From an uncultured delta proteobacterium (GTDB lineage Bacteria > Desulfobacterota > Syntrophorhabdia > Syntrophorhabdales > WCHB1-27): a stretch of DNA of 64,000 nt. The stretch covers positions 736,001-800,000 of the forward strand of contig CAWEPK010000008.1 in assembly GCA_963810935.1 (NCBI GenBank), in the 5' to 3' direction. Below are positions 42,657 through 52,400 of this stretch, piece after piece; the stretch's first letter is position 1, and each line of letters starts with the position of its first letter. Both the position numbers and the translations under genes were made by a program. The notes under the pieces were generated by a model. It was given only the letters and a program-made list of their open reading frames with translations. It searched no databases and was not told where the DNA came from.

Positions 42657-43600
42657 TTCACCCCCTGGGCCGTCTCATACGAGGCAGGTATCCCCTTCGG
42701 CGGCTTCCCTGCGTCCGATTGGCCTATGAACGTGACTGCCACGTAGTCCCCGACGCTCCATATCTTCTGCGATTCAAGGTCTTTCTTGAAGTACATCATC
42801 GCCGTCCCCGTTATACCGTTCATGATCTGATAGTAGAGTATGCCCCCCGTTATCCCCCTGTCTTTCAGGATCGTGAAATTGAGGGGGGGCGGATAGAGGA
42901 AGCGCTCGGCTGGCCCCATGCCGTCGCCTATCGGCCCGTGGCAGCCGATGCAGAAGCTTTCATATATGCGCTTGCCCTGGGCAAGGCTCCAGTCGGTAGT
43001 CGGATACGGGTTCGGCAGCGTCCGCCAGCCGTCAGGCACCCACGAGTGGAGCCAATCAACGTTTTTCTCCGGTCCCTCAAGGTATGCCGCGATGGCTTGC
43101 CCTTTCCAGTAACGTTGCCTTTCGACCCGTAAGTCCGCCATGCGGAAGCCGAGGGATTGCTTGTACGCGACGAGGGCGTTTATCTTTTCCGGACCGAGGA
43201 ACTCAAAGGCCGGCATGATCGACTCGGGCCTGGTGAAACGTGGGTTCGTAAAGTGGGCGATGTGCCAATCGTCCGGCCGCTCTCCCCCTTCCTGCGACAG
43301 GTCGGGGCCTGTCCGTTCCGTGCCGAGGAGGTGCGGCTGGTCGGCAACGTAGTCGCCCACCCTCGCGACGCGCTCAGCCCCGTGACCCCAATCCAGGTTT
43401 CTCACGAACTGCGTATGACAGAAGGTGCAGCCGTTTTGGATATAAACCTTGCGCCCCTCATCTTCAATGGCTGTCCTCGGTCGGAATATTTTAGAGGGCT
43501 CGCCTGGTACAGTCGTCCACGGCAGGATGACGGCGATCAGGAGGACCGCTCCGAAGACTATCAGCCCCCCTATGACGATGAGGCCCACCGACATTCTCAT
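42653..43600 (-). CDS. ccoO: cbb3-type oxidase subunit II (CcoO-like) fused to a second cytochrome c
   Basis: GRKVY..GCTFCHTQFVR, GTERTGPDL, PESIMP; second CIGCH. Confidence 0.85.
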   Translation of the reverse strand: MRMSVGLIVIGGLIVFGAVLLIAVILPWTTVPGEPSKIFRPRTAIEDEGRKVYIQNGCTFCHTQFVRNLDWGHGAERVARVGDYVADQPHLLGTERTGPDLSQEGGERPDDWHIAHFTNPRFTRPESIMPAFEFLGPEKINALVAYKQSLGFRMADLRVERQRYWKGQAIAAYLEGPEKNVDWLHSWVPDGWRTLPNPYPTTDWSLAQGKRIYESFCIGCHGPIGDGMGPAERFLYPPPLNFTILKDRGITGGILYYQIMNGITGTAMMYFKKDLESQKIWSVGDYVAVTFIGQSDAGKPPKGIPASYETAQGVK

Positions 43601-44988
43601 GGCGCCTCCTCCCCTGCGCCGGGTCGCGCGCCGCGCAGGCTCATCCATATGTTGAACAGCCCGATACAGGCGCCGACGAGGATGAGCATGGCGAATAACA
43701 GCCTGAAAATAAAATACGGGTGTAGCTCGGGGAGCATCCTGTAAACCGTCTCTCCGTTGAGCCAGCCGTTGCCCTGGATTAGACCCGCAGCGGTAAGGAC
43801 AAACCAGAAGCCGCCCAGGCCGATAAGCACTAGCCAGTATTGGATGTCCGCAAGCTTCGCGCTGTACAGCGGCCTTCCGGTTATCCTCGGTATGATGAAA
43901 TAGGCAGCGCCGATAGCTATGAAGCCTGAGAAGCCGAGCACCGCTATATGTGAATGGCCCACCACCCAGTTCGTCAGGTGTGTCACGCGCTGGATAATCG
44001 GGAGGGCCTGAAACGGGCCCTGAAGGCAGACGATCAGGTACCAGACGAGGCCCGCGAATATCCACTTTCCCCCGACGTTAGCGTGCAGCACGGCCAGCCT
44101 CCCCCGCATCGTGAGCCACAGGTTCGTCAGTACGGTAAGCACGGGAAGGAGCATGCCGATAGAACCCGTGACCGCGACGACCTTCAGCCATGTGGGTACC
44201 GGGGCTTGCAGCAGGTGATGTGCGCCGATGTGGGGATAAAAAATAAGTATCGACCAAAAGCCTACGAGCGATATGGTGTGGCTGAAAAGCGGCCTGCCAC
44301 TCAAAATAGGGACCGCGTAGTAAGAGGCGGCGACGGCCAGCGGCGTCAGGAAAAGCCCGACGATGCCGTGGCCGTAAAACCAGGCCAGTATGCCGTCGGC
44401 TACGCCGGTGATCGCCCCGGTGTAAGGGTGCCAGACAGCGTTCCCGAAGAAGTAGATCCACCAGATGAAGACGATTGCCGCGAAGGCGTACCAGACGGAG
44501 ACGTAGAGTATCTTTTCCTGCCGCGCCCGCGCGGTCCTGAAAAGATTTAAGAACGTGATCGCCCAGGTGAAAAGCACCAGTATGTCGATGGGCCAGATGT
44601 ATTCTGCGTACTCCCGGCCCTGGCTGTAACCTAAAAGCAGAGTGACGCTGCCCGCCACTACCACCAGGTTCCAGAGCCACATCGAGAGCCGACCGATGAA
44701 CGGGCTGTACACCGGGGCCCGCACGAGGCGCGGCACATAGTAGTACATGGCGCCCATCAGGCCTGAGCCGACGAACCCGAAGATCATGCCGTTCGTGTGC
44801 ACGGGCCTTACGCGGCTGAAGACGAGCCACGAGATATTCTTATAGAGGAAAAGGTCGGGCGCGACCATCCAGGAGGCAAGGATAAAACCACCGAGGGCGA
44901 ACACGACGAACCAGATCGCCGACGAGAGGAAGAACCCGGCAACCGTGCCCCGCGCCCGATATGTCTCGTTAGTCTCCAGGTCCATCAT
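43597..44988 (-). CDS. ccoN: cbb3-type (C-family) haem-copper oxidase subunit I
   Basis: RVRPVHTN, GREYAE, WFYGH, FYPHIGAHHL, WVVGHSH. Confidence 0.88.
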   Translation of the reverse strand: MMDLETNETYRARGTVAGFFLSSAIWFVVFALGGFILASWMVAPDLFLYKNISWLVFSRVRPVHTNGMIFGFVGSGLMGAMYYYVPRLVRAPVYSPFIGRLSMWLWNLVVVAGSVTLLLGYSQGREYAEYIWPIDILVLFTWAITFLNLFRTARARQEKILYVSVWYAFAAIVFIWWIYFFGNAVWHPYTGAITGVADGILAWFYGHGIVGLFLTPLAVAASYYAVPILSGRPLFSHTISLVGFWSILIFYPHIGAHHLLQAPVPTWLKVVAVTGSIGMLLPVLTVLTNLWLTMRGRLAVLHANVGGKWIFAGLVWYLIVCLQGPFQALPIIQRVTHLTNWVVGHSHIAVLGFSGFIAIGAAYFIIPRITGRPLYSAKLADIQYWLVLIGLGGFWFVLTAAGLIQGNGWLNGETVYRMLPELHPYFIFRLLFAMLILVGACIGLFNIWMSLRGARPGAGEEAP

Positions 44989-45006
44989 AACTTCGCCTCA
45001 TATATC

Positions 45007-45552
45007 TCATCTATGACACCCCAGCCAGCAATCCCGCTCAGCATTCATTTTCTTATGGCACTGGATGCAGAAACCCATCTGGAACTCCAGGCGGCCCAGC
45101 CTGTCCATGCTCCGCACGTCGCCGTGGCAGCGGGAGCAGTCGAGCTTTGCCCACGCGACGTGCGGCTCGTGGCGAAAGAAAACGTACTCCGGGGTCCAGA
45201 AGACCCGTATCCACGGGACGGGTTTTTTTTCATCGAGGTAGCTTTTCTCCTTCTGTATTTCCGGATGGTCGGGGATCACGTAGTCGTGGCAGAAAAAGCA
45301 TTTCTCTACTGCCGGCATGCCCGCGTTCTGCGACCTCTCCACTCCGCTATGGCAGAAGCGGCAATCTATCTGCTTTACTCCCGCGTGGACCCTGTGGCTG
45401 AAGGGAATGGGCTGGACAGGGCCCACCACGATGGCGGGATAAGCCGCATAGAAAAAGAACATGGCGGCAAAGATGCAGCCTCCGAGGACTATTAGAAGAT
45501 AGCCTTGCCTCACCCCGGCTCGTTCTTTTTGTTCTTTTATGGGCTCATCCAT
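45007..45552 (-). CDS. Multihaem cytochrome c (ActA-like)
   Basis: QPIPFSHRVH; CRFCH, CFFCH, CSRCH, CIQCH and atypical CWLGCH. Confidence 0.85.
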   Translation of the reverse strand: MDEPIKEQKERAGVRQGYLLIVLGGCIFAAMFFFYAAYPAIVVGPVQPIPFSHRVHAGVKQIDCRFCHSGVERSQNAGMPAVEKCFFCHDYVIPDHPEIQKEKSYLDEKKPVPWIRVFWTPEYVFFRHEPHVAWAKLDCSRCHGDVRSMDRLGRLEFQMGFCIQCHKKMNAERDCWLGCHR

Positions 45553-46766
45553 CTCTTTTCTTCCAACAGGAACCTGTGGAACAGCGGGTCCGAGACAGGC
45601 ACGATAGGGACCCTTGAGAGAAACGCCATGATGCAAAGCGACACAAGGCCGAAAAAACCCGCCGATACCAATACTTCCAGCAGCCCGAACGGTATGCCTC
45701 GCCGGCCCGCCCACGTGGACGGCACAACAAGAAGGAAGCGCTCCATCCACAGGCCGACGAGCATCATGGTCGTAACAAAGATCATCGGGCCGCGCTTTAT
45801 CTTGATCCTCTTGCTGAGCAGGGTGAAGAAAGGGATGATAAAGACCATGAGGAGCACCGCCCAGCCAAAATGCTCCCACGGGGCCAGCTTGGCGCGCAGG
45901 ATCACGAACCTTGTCTCCTCCGGCAGGTTGCCGTACCAGATGACGAGGAGCTGCCCGTAGAACAGATACCCGGTGAAAATGCAGAACCCGAAGGTCAGCT
46001 TGCCGAGGTCGTGAAACTGGCGCGGGTACAGGTACGACGCCAGGGCCAGCCGCCTGCCTGCAATGAGGGCAAATAAATAAATGGCGATGATTGCGCTGTA
46101 AAAACTTGCGGTGAAGAAATATCCCGGAAAGAGGGTGCTGTACCATTCCGGATCGAGGGACATGACGAGATCGATTGCAAAGAGCGAAAGGATGAAGCCA
46201 TACGCTATGGGAAGGACGGGGGAGAACCTCCACTGCGAGCGGAAGGGGCCCGTCCATGGATATCCGGTTGCGACTTGCGGCCTGCTGTTTGCGAGCCATT
46301 GTCTGTCTGCTTTAACGGAATAATAAACCAGGACCAGGGAGAAAACCGTCAGCGCCAGGATGCAGATGCCCTCTCGCGCGAACATAAAGCGCGCGTTGAG
46401 GAAGGCCGCCTTTTGCGGCACGGGATTGAGCACCCAGCGGAATATGTGTCCTTTACCGGGCCAGAGGACCCAGAAGAGCAGGAAAGAGACCGGCAGGTAG
46501 GCGCCGAAGGACTCGGCGAGGCGCTTAAGCGGCCTGCCCCAGACTGCCTTCGAGAGGTTGAGGACGGCCGAAAATAGGACGGCGCCGAAAGCGAGGCCCG
46601 CCCAGAATACGTAGTTCACGACGTATACCTGCCAGGCCCGCAAAGCCATCTCGCCCGAAATGCCGTAAAGGAACGCGGCTGCACCCGCAAGGGTCAAAAG
46701 TATAGAGACGGCGATCCAGGTTCCAGGCATCGCAGGATAGATGTCTTTCGGCTCAGGCGCCTGCAT
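45537..46766 (-). CDS. Alternative complex III subunit ActF-like
   Basis: W.RPLKRLAE, MSLDPEWYSTLF, QLLVIWYGNLPEET. Confidence 0.85.
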   Translation of the reverse strand: MQAPEPKDIYPAMPGTWIAVSILLTLAGAAAFLYGISGEMALRAWQVYVVNYVFWAGLAFGAVLFSAVLNLSKAVWGRPLKRLAESFGAYLPVSFLLFWVLWPGKGHIFRWVLNPVPQKAAFLNARFMFAREGICILALTVFSLVLVYYSVKADRQWLANSRPQVATGYPWTGPFRSQWRFSPVLPIAYGFILSLFAIDLVMSLDPEWYSTLFPGYFFTASFYSAIIAIYLFALIAGRRLALASYLYPRQFHDLGKLTFGFCIFTGYLFYGQLLVIWYGNLPEETRFVILRAKLAPWEHFGWAVLLMVFIIPFFTLLSKRIKIKRGPMIFVTTMMLVGLWMERFLLVVPSTWAGRRGIPFGLLEVLVSAGFFGLVSLCIMAFLSRVPIVPVSDPLFHRFLLEEKRWMSP

Positions 46767-47265
46767 CGCGTACCCCCTCTGCGCCGGCTTCCCTGGCGAT
46801 GCGCTCCGCCTCCGACCGGTCCTCCTCATCCGTTGCGAAGACGATCCCGAATTTGTCGCCGGAAAATTCCTGGTTGTAGCCCGCATCGACAAACGGCTGG
46901 GGGAGGCCTGCCTTGAAGACCCAGGAGATGAAGGCGGAAAGGGAGGCGAGAAGTATAGTCCCCTCGAAGGCGATGACCACCCAGGGTATCCAGGCTAGGA
47001 CCGGCTTGCCGTAGACGATCAGCTTGAAGGAGAGGTGCGCATAAGTCGCCAGACCGACAAGCACGCTGCCTCCAGTAAGCCCTCCGATGAGGGTGAAGAG
47101 GCGGGTCTTGCTCACGCTCGTACCGAGGGCCTCCTCTATCTGCGGCAGGCGCACGGGGGAAAAGACCGAATTGATCCGGTATCCCTTCTCCTTCAATGTT
47201 TTGAGGCACGCAAGGAAATCATCGATGTGGCTGAAGGCCGCGACGAGCATCATTTCACTCTTCAC
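46753..47265 (-). CDS. ActD-like (DUF3341) protein
   Basis: VFSPV, GKP..W.P...IAFEGTIL. Confidence 0.8.
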   Translation of the reverse strand: MKSEMMLVAAFSHIDDFLACLKTLKEKGYRINSVFSPVRLPQIEEALGTSVSKTRLFTLIGGLTGGSVLVGLATYAHLSFKLIVYGKPVLAWIPWVVIAFEGTILLASLSAFISWVFKAGLPQPFVDAGYNQEFSGDKFGIVFATDEEDRSEAERIAREAGAEGVRDAGA

Positions 47266-48607
47266 GGAACAACCCTCCCTTCCGCATGGGTATCCCGGCC
47301 TCCTTCTTCACCTCCGAAATGGGGATCGACGGCAAAAACTTTGCGAAGAGCATGAAGCAAAGAAGGAGGAAGCAGAACGTGCCGAAGGTATAGGCAAGCT
47401 CAGTCCAATTGGGCCAGTAGAATCCCCACTGGTAGGGAAGAAAATTCTGCGAGAGCGACTGAACGACGATGATGAACCGCTCCCACAACATGCCGATGTT
47501 TATCACTATCGAGATAATAAAGAGCCAGACCGTGTTTGTCCGGAAAGTCCGGATAAAGAAAAGCATCGGGACCGCCACCACACAGAAGACGACAAGCCAC
47601 ATGATCCAGCCGTAGTAGCCGGTCAGGCGGAACATGTAAAGCTGGTTCTCGAATATATCCGCAGAGTACCAGGCCATGAAGTGCTCGGCTGCGTAAGAGT
47701 AAGCCAGGATAACGGCAGTCACTATCGAAGTCTCGGCGATAAGCTCCAGTGTGCGCGTTGTGACGATATTCTCGATGCGGAAGATGCGCCGCATGGGGAT
47801 AAGCAGGGTCAGCACCATGGCGAGACCCGAATGGATGGCTCCGGCAACGAAGTACGGCGGAAAGATCGTGCTGTGCCATCCCGGCTGTATGGGGAGTGCG
47901 AAGTCCCAGGAGACTACGGTATGGACGGAGATCACGAGCGCCGTCGCGAGACCTGCAAGCAGGAGATAGGACGTGGCGTAATGGTGCCATTGTTTGGCGG
48001 ACCCCGTCCATCCGAGGGCAAAGTAGCCGTAGACCTTGCGCCAGGTGCCCGTCGTCCGGTCACGAATTACGGCCAGATCGGGCACGAGGCCCGTATACCA
48101 GAAGATGAGGCTCACCGTGAAATAGGTGGAGACTGCGAGAACGTCGAAGATCAGGGGCGATATGAAGTCGGGCCATATCTCTCGCTGGTTGGGGTACGGG
48201 AGGAGCCAGTAGAATATCCAGCTCCTGCCCAGGTGTATCAGCGGGTAGGTGCCTGCAATCATGATGCAGATCATCGTCATGGCCTCTGCCATACGGTTGA
48301 TGGACGTGCGGAACCGGGCGCGGAACAGGTAAAGGATCGCGGAGATAAAGGTCCCGGAATGCGCGAGCCCTATCCAGAAAATAAAGTTGGATATGAAGAT
48401 GCCCCACATGACGCCCGGCGGGCGGTAGCCCGCCCCGCCGAGGCCGACCGCAACAAGATACCCCCAGGCGCAAAGCCCGCAGATGAACCCCAGGGACAGA
48501 AGAAAAGCGACAAACCAGTAATATCGGGGCGGACGCCAAAGCGTGCCGAGGATCTCATCGTTGACGTCCCTGAAATCGACCACAGGTCCCGTTTCCGGTT
48601 CGGCCAT
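47255..48607 (-). CDS. ActC / NrfD-family quinol-interacting subunit
   Basis: FIFWIGLAHSGTFISA, HLGRSW, SPLIFD, SVHTVVSWDFA, WHSTIFPPYFVAGA. Confidence 0.92.
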   Translation of the reverse strand: MAEPETGPVVDFRDVNDEILGTLWRPPRYYWFVAFLLSLGFICGLCAWGYLVAVGLGGAGYRPPGVMWGIFISNFIFWIGLAHSGTFISAILYLFRARFRTSINRMAEAMTMICIMIAGTYPLIHLGRSWIFYWLLPYPNQREIWPDFISPLIFDVLAVSTYFTVSLIFWYTGLVPDLAVIRDRTTGTWRKVYGYFALGWTGSAKQWHHYATSYLLLAGLATALVISVHTVVSWDFALPIQPGWHSTIFPPYFVAGAIHSGLAMVLTLLIPMRRIFRIENIVTTRTLELIAETSIVTAVILAYSYAAEHFMAWYSADIFENQLYMFRLTGYYGWIMWLVVFCVVAVPMLFFIRTFRTNTVWLFIISIVINIGMLWERFIIVVQSLSQNFLPYQWGFYWPNWTELAYTFGTFCFLLLCFMLFAKFLPSIPISEVKKEAGIPMRKGGLFREE

Positions 48608-48621
48608 AGGATCGCCCCTTC

Positions 48622-51540
48622 CTACACCCGGACTGTCCGGGTGATTTTCTTCAGGTAGATAACGGCCGTCTTAGTATTGAGCCTGCCCAGCACCTGGTAG
48701 GCGCGGGACTGGCTCACCAGCTTCGAGACCCGGCTTTCGGGGTCCATAAGGTTGCCGAACGTTATGGCATCGGCTGGACACGTCTGCGCGCAGGCGGTCG
48801 TGAACTCTCCGTCCTTTACCTTGCGCCCCTCAGACGTAGCCATCCTCTTCGCCCCGATGATGCGCTGGATGCAGAAGGAGCACTTCTCCATCACTCCTTG
48901 CTGCCGCACGGTAACGTCCGGGTTGAGCTGCCATTCCAGGGGGTGGTCGTGCGGCCACTTGTGCCAGTTGAACCTCCGCACTTTCCAGGGGCAGTTCTGG
49001 TTGCAGTCGCGTGTTCCGATGCAGCGGTTGTAGACCTGGTTGTTGATCCCTTCTTTGTTATGGTTCGGCGCGAAGACCGGGCAGACCGATTCGCACGGCG
49101 CGGAGTCGCAATGCTGGCACAGCATCGGCAGGAACCGGATGAAAGGCTGCTCGTGCTCAAGATAGCGCTCGATGTGAAGCCAGGACATCTCGCGCCCCAT
49201 TGCGAAATCCATCTTTCCGATGGTTTTCACGTTGTTCTCCGCGTAGCACGCGATCACGCACGCCTGGCAGCCGATGCACCGGTCTAGGTCGATCGCCATG
49301 CCCCAGCGGTAGGCCACGTGCATGTGGATCGGGTAGAAATCGGTCTCCTTCCTCCATCCCGAAGGCAGGGGCATGTTCACTTCCGGGGCCCTGTCCGGCG
49401 TCTCGCCGTATTCCTTGTATGGGATGGTCCGGGCGAGCCTCCGGCCGTGCTGGTAGGCGCTGCCGTCTGCATTTGCCACGACGACGGAGCGCCCCGTCTT
49501 GGTGATGGTGACCAACTGAAGCGACCGGACGAGCCCCCCTGATGCATCGAGATTGCCTGAGAGCAGCACGTTCGGATTGCCGCTTGAATCGGGCTCGACG
49601 TAGCGGCTGAACGCCTTCGCGTGGCCCTGGCCGAGGGGCATCGCCAGCGTGCCGGGCCGGATGCCCGCATACGGGAAAGCGGGCGCCTCTATCGTCTTGT
49701 TTTCCTCGCGTATCCTGACCACGTCGCCTTTTGCGATATCCATCTGCCTTGCCGTATCAGGGTCGATCTCCACCCAGCCGCCCCACGCAATCATGGTGAC
49801 CGGATCGGGCATTTCCTGCAAGAAAGGACGGTTCGCCAGACGGCCGTCGAAGAACTGGATGGTCGGGTAGACAAAGAAATCCATCGCGTCCACAGGTCTT
49901 TGGACGGGGACACCGGATGGGGGCGAAAATGCAAAGGTGCGCGCCCTGCCCTGTTCCGCCGCCCGGCCGGGCGCGGCCTCTTCCCAGAGACCTCCCCGCG
50001 CGACGCACTGCTGCCAGAAGGCTTCACCGGAAGTGGCCCCGGCCTGCCTCAGGCGTTTCTGCTCCCAGGCGTTTCTCAAGGCTGCGTAGAAATCTTTCTC
50101 AGGGAACTTCGCCTGCCCGGCAGCGGCCTTACCCAGATAAAGCATGATGTCGCCCAGGGGCATCGTGTTGAAAAGCCTGCCCATGGCCGGCTGCAAAAGG
50201 CCGGTCACATTTGCCGAGGGGCTGTAATCGCCCCATGATTCGAGGAAGGTGTCGGCGGGTAATATAAGGCCCGCGTGGCGGGTCGTCTCGTCTGGGAAGC
50301 TGGAGAGGCTTATTACCAGCGGGACTTTAGCCAGGGCTTTTTCGAACTCCCAGGAGTCGGGGAGGTTGTAAACGGGGTTGGCTCCGTACAGGAGCAGCGC
50401 GCCGACGTTGCCGGCAGCCATGCGCTCCTTCAGCGCCTTTATGTCTGAAGCGGGCGCAGTCCGGCCGAGGGAGGACGGGTTTCCAAAATCGATGAGCTTT
50501 CCACTTTCCGGCGACAGGGTGCAAAGGAGGTTCGCTGCGACCGCGGTCTCCAGTGCATTCGGGTCCTGGAACGCCATGCCTTCCGCAAGCGCGAGAGGCC
50601 GCCTGGCTGCCGAAAACTGTTTGGCGATGGCAGACAGGACGCTTGCCTGCACCCCGGTCCTCGCTTCAACGGCCGCAGGGGTAAAAGCGACAACGCTGCC
50701 CGGAATGCCTGCCGCACCCTCCTGAGCAAGCAGGCGAAGGAGCCCGAGGGCCACATAGCGCTCGCCGCCCGGAGGAACCGGCACCCATTGGTCCGCACTG
50801 GCCGCAGTCATCGAAAGCCGCGGACCGACAAAAACGAACATGCTCTTCCCGTCACGGCGCGGCTCGTGAAAGGCGGCGAACTGGCGCGTAAAGTGGACGT
50901 TGGATATCCAGGTCTCCAAAAAATAGGCGCCGAACGAAATCAGGAAATCGGCCTCGTCGATGCGGTAGTCGGGTATCCGGGCGGAGCCGAAGACGATGTC
51001 ATTGGCCTGCCGCAAGGGCTCGTACGCGAACGGCTCGTAAATAACATACCGGCCGCCCAGCGCGCCCATCAGGCGCTCTGCGAGGTCCTGCTCCGTGCCG
51101 GTCATAAGGTGGGACATGAAGACCGTCTTCTGACCGGCGGCTGACAGCCCATCGGCGGCTATTTTCAGGGCTTTTTCCCAGGATACGGGCCGCATAGCGC
51201 CGCTTGCGTCTCTCGCCATGGGCTGCGTATACCTGTCCGGGTTGTATATGCCCTGCACGGACGCCTGCCCCCTCGGGCAAAGCCTGCCCGTGTTCACCGG
51301 GTGCTCCGGGTTGCCTTCCACCTTGATGATATGGCCGTCCCTGTTTTTGGTTAGGATGCCGCAGCCGGCCGGGCACTCCCTGCACGTACCGGCGTACCAT
51401 GTCGCCTCTCCGGGCACGATGTCCTCCGGCGGGACTACGTAGGGTATCAGGTAGCGCACCTTCTCCGTGCAACCCGATAGGGTTGCGGAGCCTGCGACAC
51501 CAAGTGTTTTGAGGAATTGGCGTCTTGAGAGCTTCGCCAT
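48622..51540 (-). CDS. ActB-like Tat-exported molybdopterin-oxidoreductase-fold + 4Fe-4S fusion
   Basis: SRRQFLK; IKVEGNPEHP; C-terminal CIGCQAC, CQHC..PC..VCP, CIGTRDC, MEKCSFC. Confidence 0.9.
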   Translation of the reverse strand: MAKLSRRQFLKTLGVAGSATLSGCTEKVRYLIPYVVPPEDIVPGEATWYAGTCRECPAGCGILTKNRDGHIIKVEGNPEHPVNTGRLCPRGQASVQGIYNPDRYTQPMARDASGAMRPVSWEKALKIAADGLSAAGQKTVFMSHLMTGTEQDLAERLMGALGGRYVIYEPFAYEPLRQANDIVFGSARIPDYRIDEADFLISFGAYFLETWISNVHFTRQFAAFHEPRRDGKSMFVFVGPRLSMTAASADQWVPVPPGGERYVALGLLRLLAQEGAAGIPGSVVAFTPAAVEARTGVQASVLSAIAKQFSAARRPLALAEGMAFQDPNALETAVAANLLCTLSPESGKLIDFGNPSSLGRTAPASDIKALKERMAAGNVGALLLYGANPVYNLPDSWEFEKALAKVPLVISLSSFPDETTRHAGLILPADTFLESWGDYSPSANVTGLLQPAMGRLFNTMPLGDIMLYLGKAAAGQAKFPEKDFYAALRNAWEQKRLRQAGATSGEAFWQQCVARGGLWEEAAPGRAAEQGRARTFAFSPPSGVPVQRPVDAMDFFVYPTIQFFDGRLANRPFLQEMPDPVTMIAWGGWVEIDPDTARQMDIAKGDVVRIREENKTIEAPAFPYAGIRPGTLAMPLGQGHAKAFSRYVEPDSSGNPNVLLSGNLDASGGLVRSLQLVTITKTGRSVVVANADGSAYQHGRRLARTIPYKEYGETPDRAPEVNMPLPSGWRKETDFYPIHMHVAYRWGMAIDLDRCIGCQACVIACYAENNVKTIGKMDFAMGREMSWLHIERYLEHEQPFIRFLPMLCQHCDSAPCESVCPVFAPNHNKEGINNQVYNRCIGTRDCNQNCPWKVRRFNWHKWPHDHPLEWQLNPDVTVRQQGVMEKCSFCIQRIIGAKRMATSEGRKVKDGEFTTACAQTCPADAITFGNLMDPESRVSKLVSQSRAYQVLGRLNTKTAVIYLKKITRTVRV

Positions 51541-51684
51541 CGGTGCCCCTTTTATAACGTATGTACGCAAAGCACGCGCTTCAAGAGAAAACCGGGTAGG
51601 CTGCCGCCCGGACCACAGTATTGATTTTTTGCCGCGGAAGTGCGATATAGGAATAGAAGCTACTGACCAATCGAGGAGGTTGTC

Positions 51685-52089
51685 ATGGATACTGCTTTGG
51701 AATTTTTGAAGGCCAACAAGGTCTTCCACATCGGGACTACCGACGGGGCCAAAGGAAGGGTACGCCCCTTCGCTTTTGTAATGAAGAGAAACAATACCAT
51801 CTATTTTTGCACGGGAAAGATGAAGGAAGTCTACAAGCAGATGAGCCAGTACCCGGACATCGAGATTTCCGCGATGGGCTCGGACAATACGTGGCTCAGG
51901 ATACGCGGCAAGATCGCCTTCGATGACACCCGCGATGCAAAAGCGCAGGCCTTCGCCGAGTCCGCCAACCTTATAAACATGTACAAGAAAGGGGCCGACG
52001 ACGAGACATTCGTCACCTTTTACTTTACCGACGGCACGGCAACCCTTTATTCTTTCGGCGGGCCGCCAAAGAACTTGCCGTTGGCGTAG
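51685..52089 (+). CDS. Pyridoxamine 5'-phosphate oxidase-family protein
   Basis: RVRPF..IYFCT..KEVYKQ..WLRIRG; GAGGAGG RBS. Confidence 0.85.
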   Translation: MDTALEFLKANKVFHIGTTDGAKGRVRPFAFVMKRNNTIYFCTGKMKEVYKQMSQYPDIEISAMGSDNTWLRIRGKIAFDDTRDAKAQAFAESANLINMYKKGADDETFVTFYFTDGTATLYSFGGPPKNLPLA

Positions 52090-52160
52090 AAGACAGCCCT
52101 CAAGCGCTTCCCCGCCACCGGGAAAGCGTGGCGCCGAAAGGAAATAGCGCATCAAAATTT

Positions 52161-52202
52161 AAAATAGAGGGGTTAGCCCGTCCCGGCTGACCCCTCTATT
52201 TT
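52161..52202. terminator. Bidirectional intrinsic terminator
   Basis: AAAATAGAGGGGTTAGCC...GGCTGACCCCTCTATTTT. Confidence 0.75.
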
Positions 52203-52400
52203 ATCCGGCCCGGCGTTGACCCGCCACGAGCTTCCCGTCCTCTTCGGCCGCATTCAGCCGCGGCTATTTCCCGGCAACCTTCAAAAGCAGAGGCATAACA
52301 CCGACTTGCCGGGGAGAATAAAGCATTGTTGACGCGTGAGGACGAACCGATATAGTATACACAAACACCGGCCGGCCTCATCGCAGCGTTTAGGAATGCT

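Noticed and set aside
47087..48658. 523-aa plus-strand ORF (and other long antisense ORFs such as 2958-4157 and 29582-30775)
   Set aside because: They lie opposite clear genes, which is expected from GC-rich codon bias.
51541..52155. N-terminal extension giving a 1177-aa ActB
   Set aside because: The Tat peptide begins at 51540, and the extension overlaps a real plus-strand gene.
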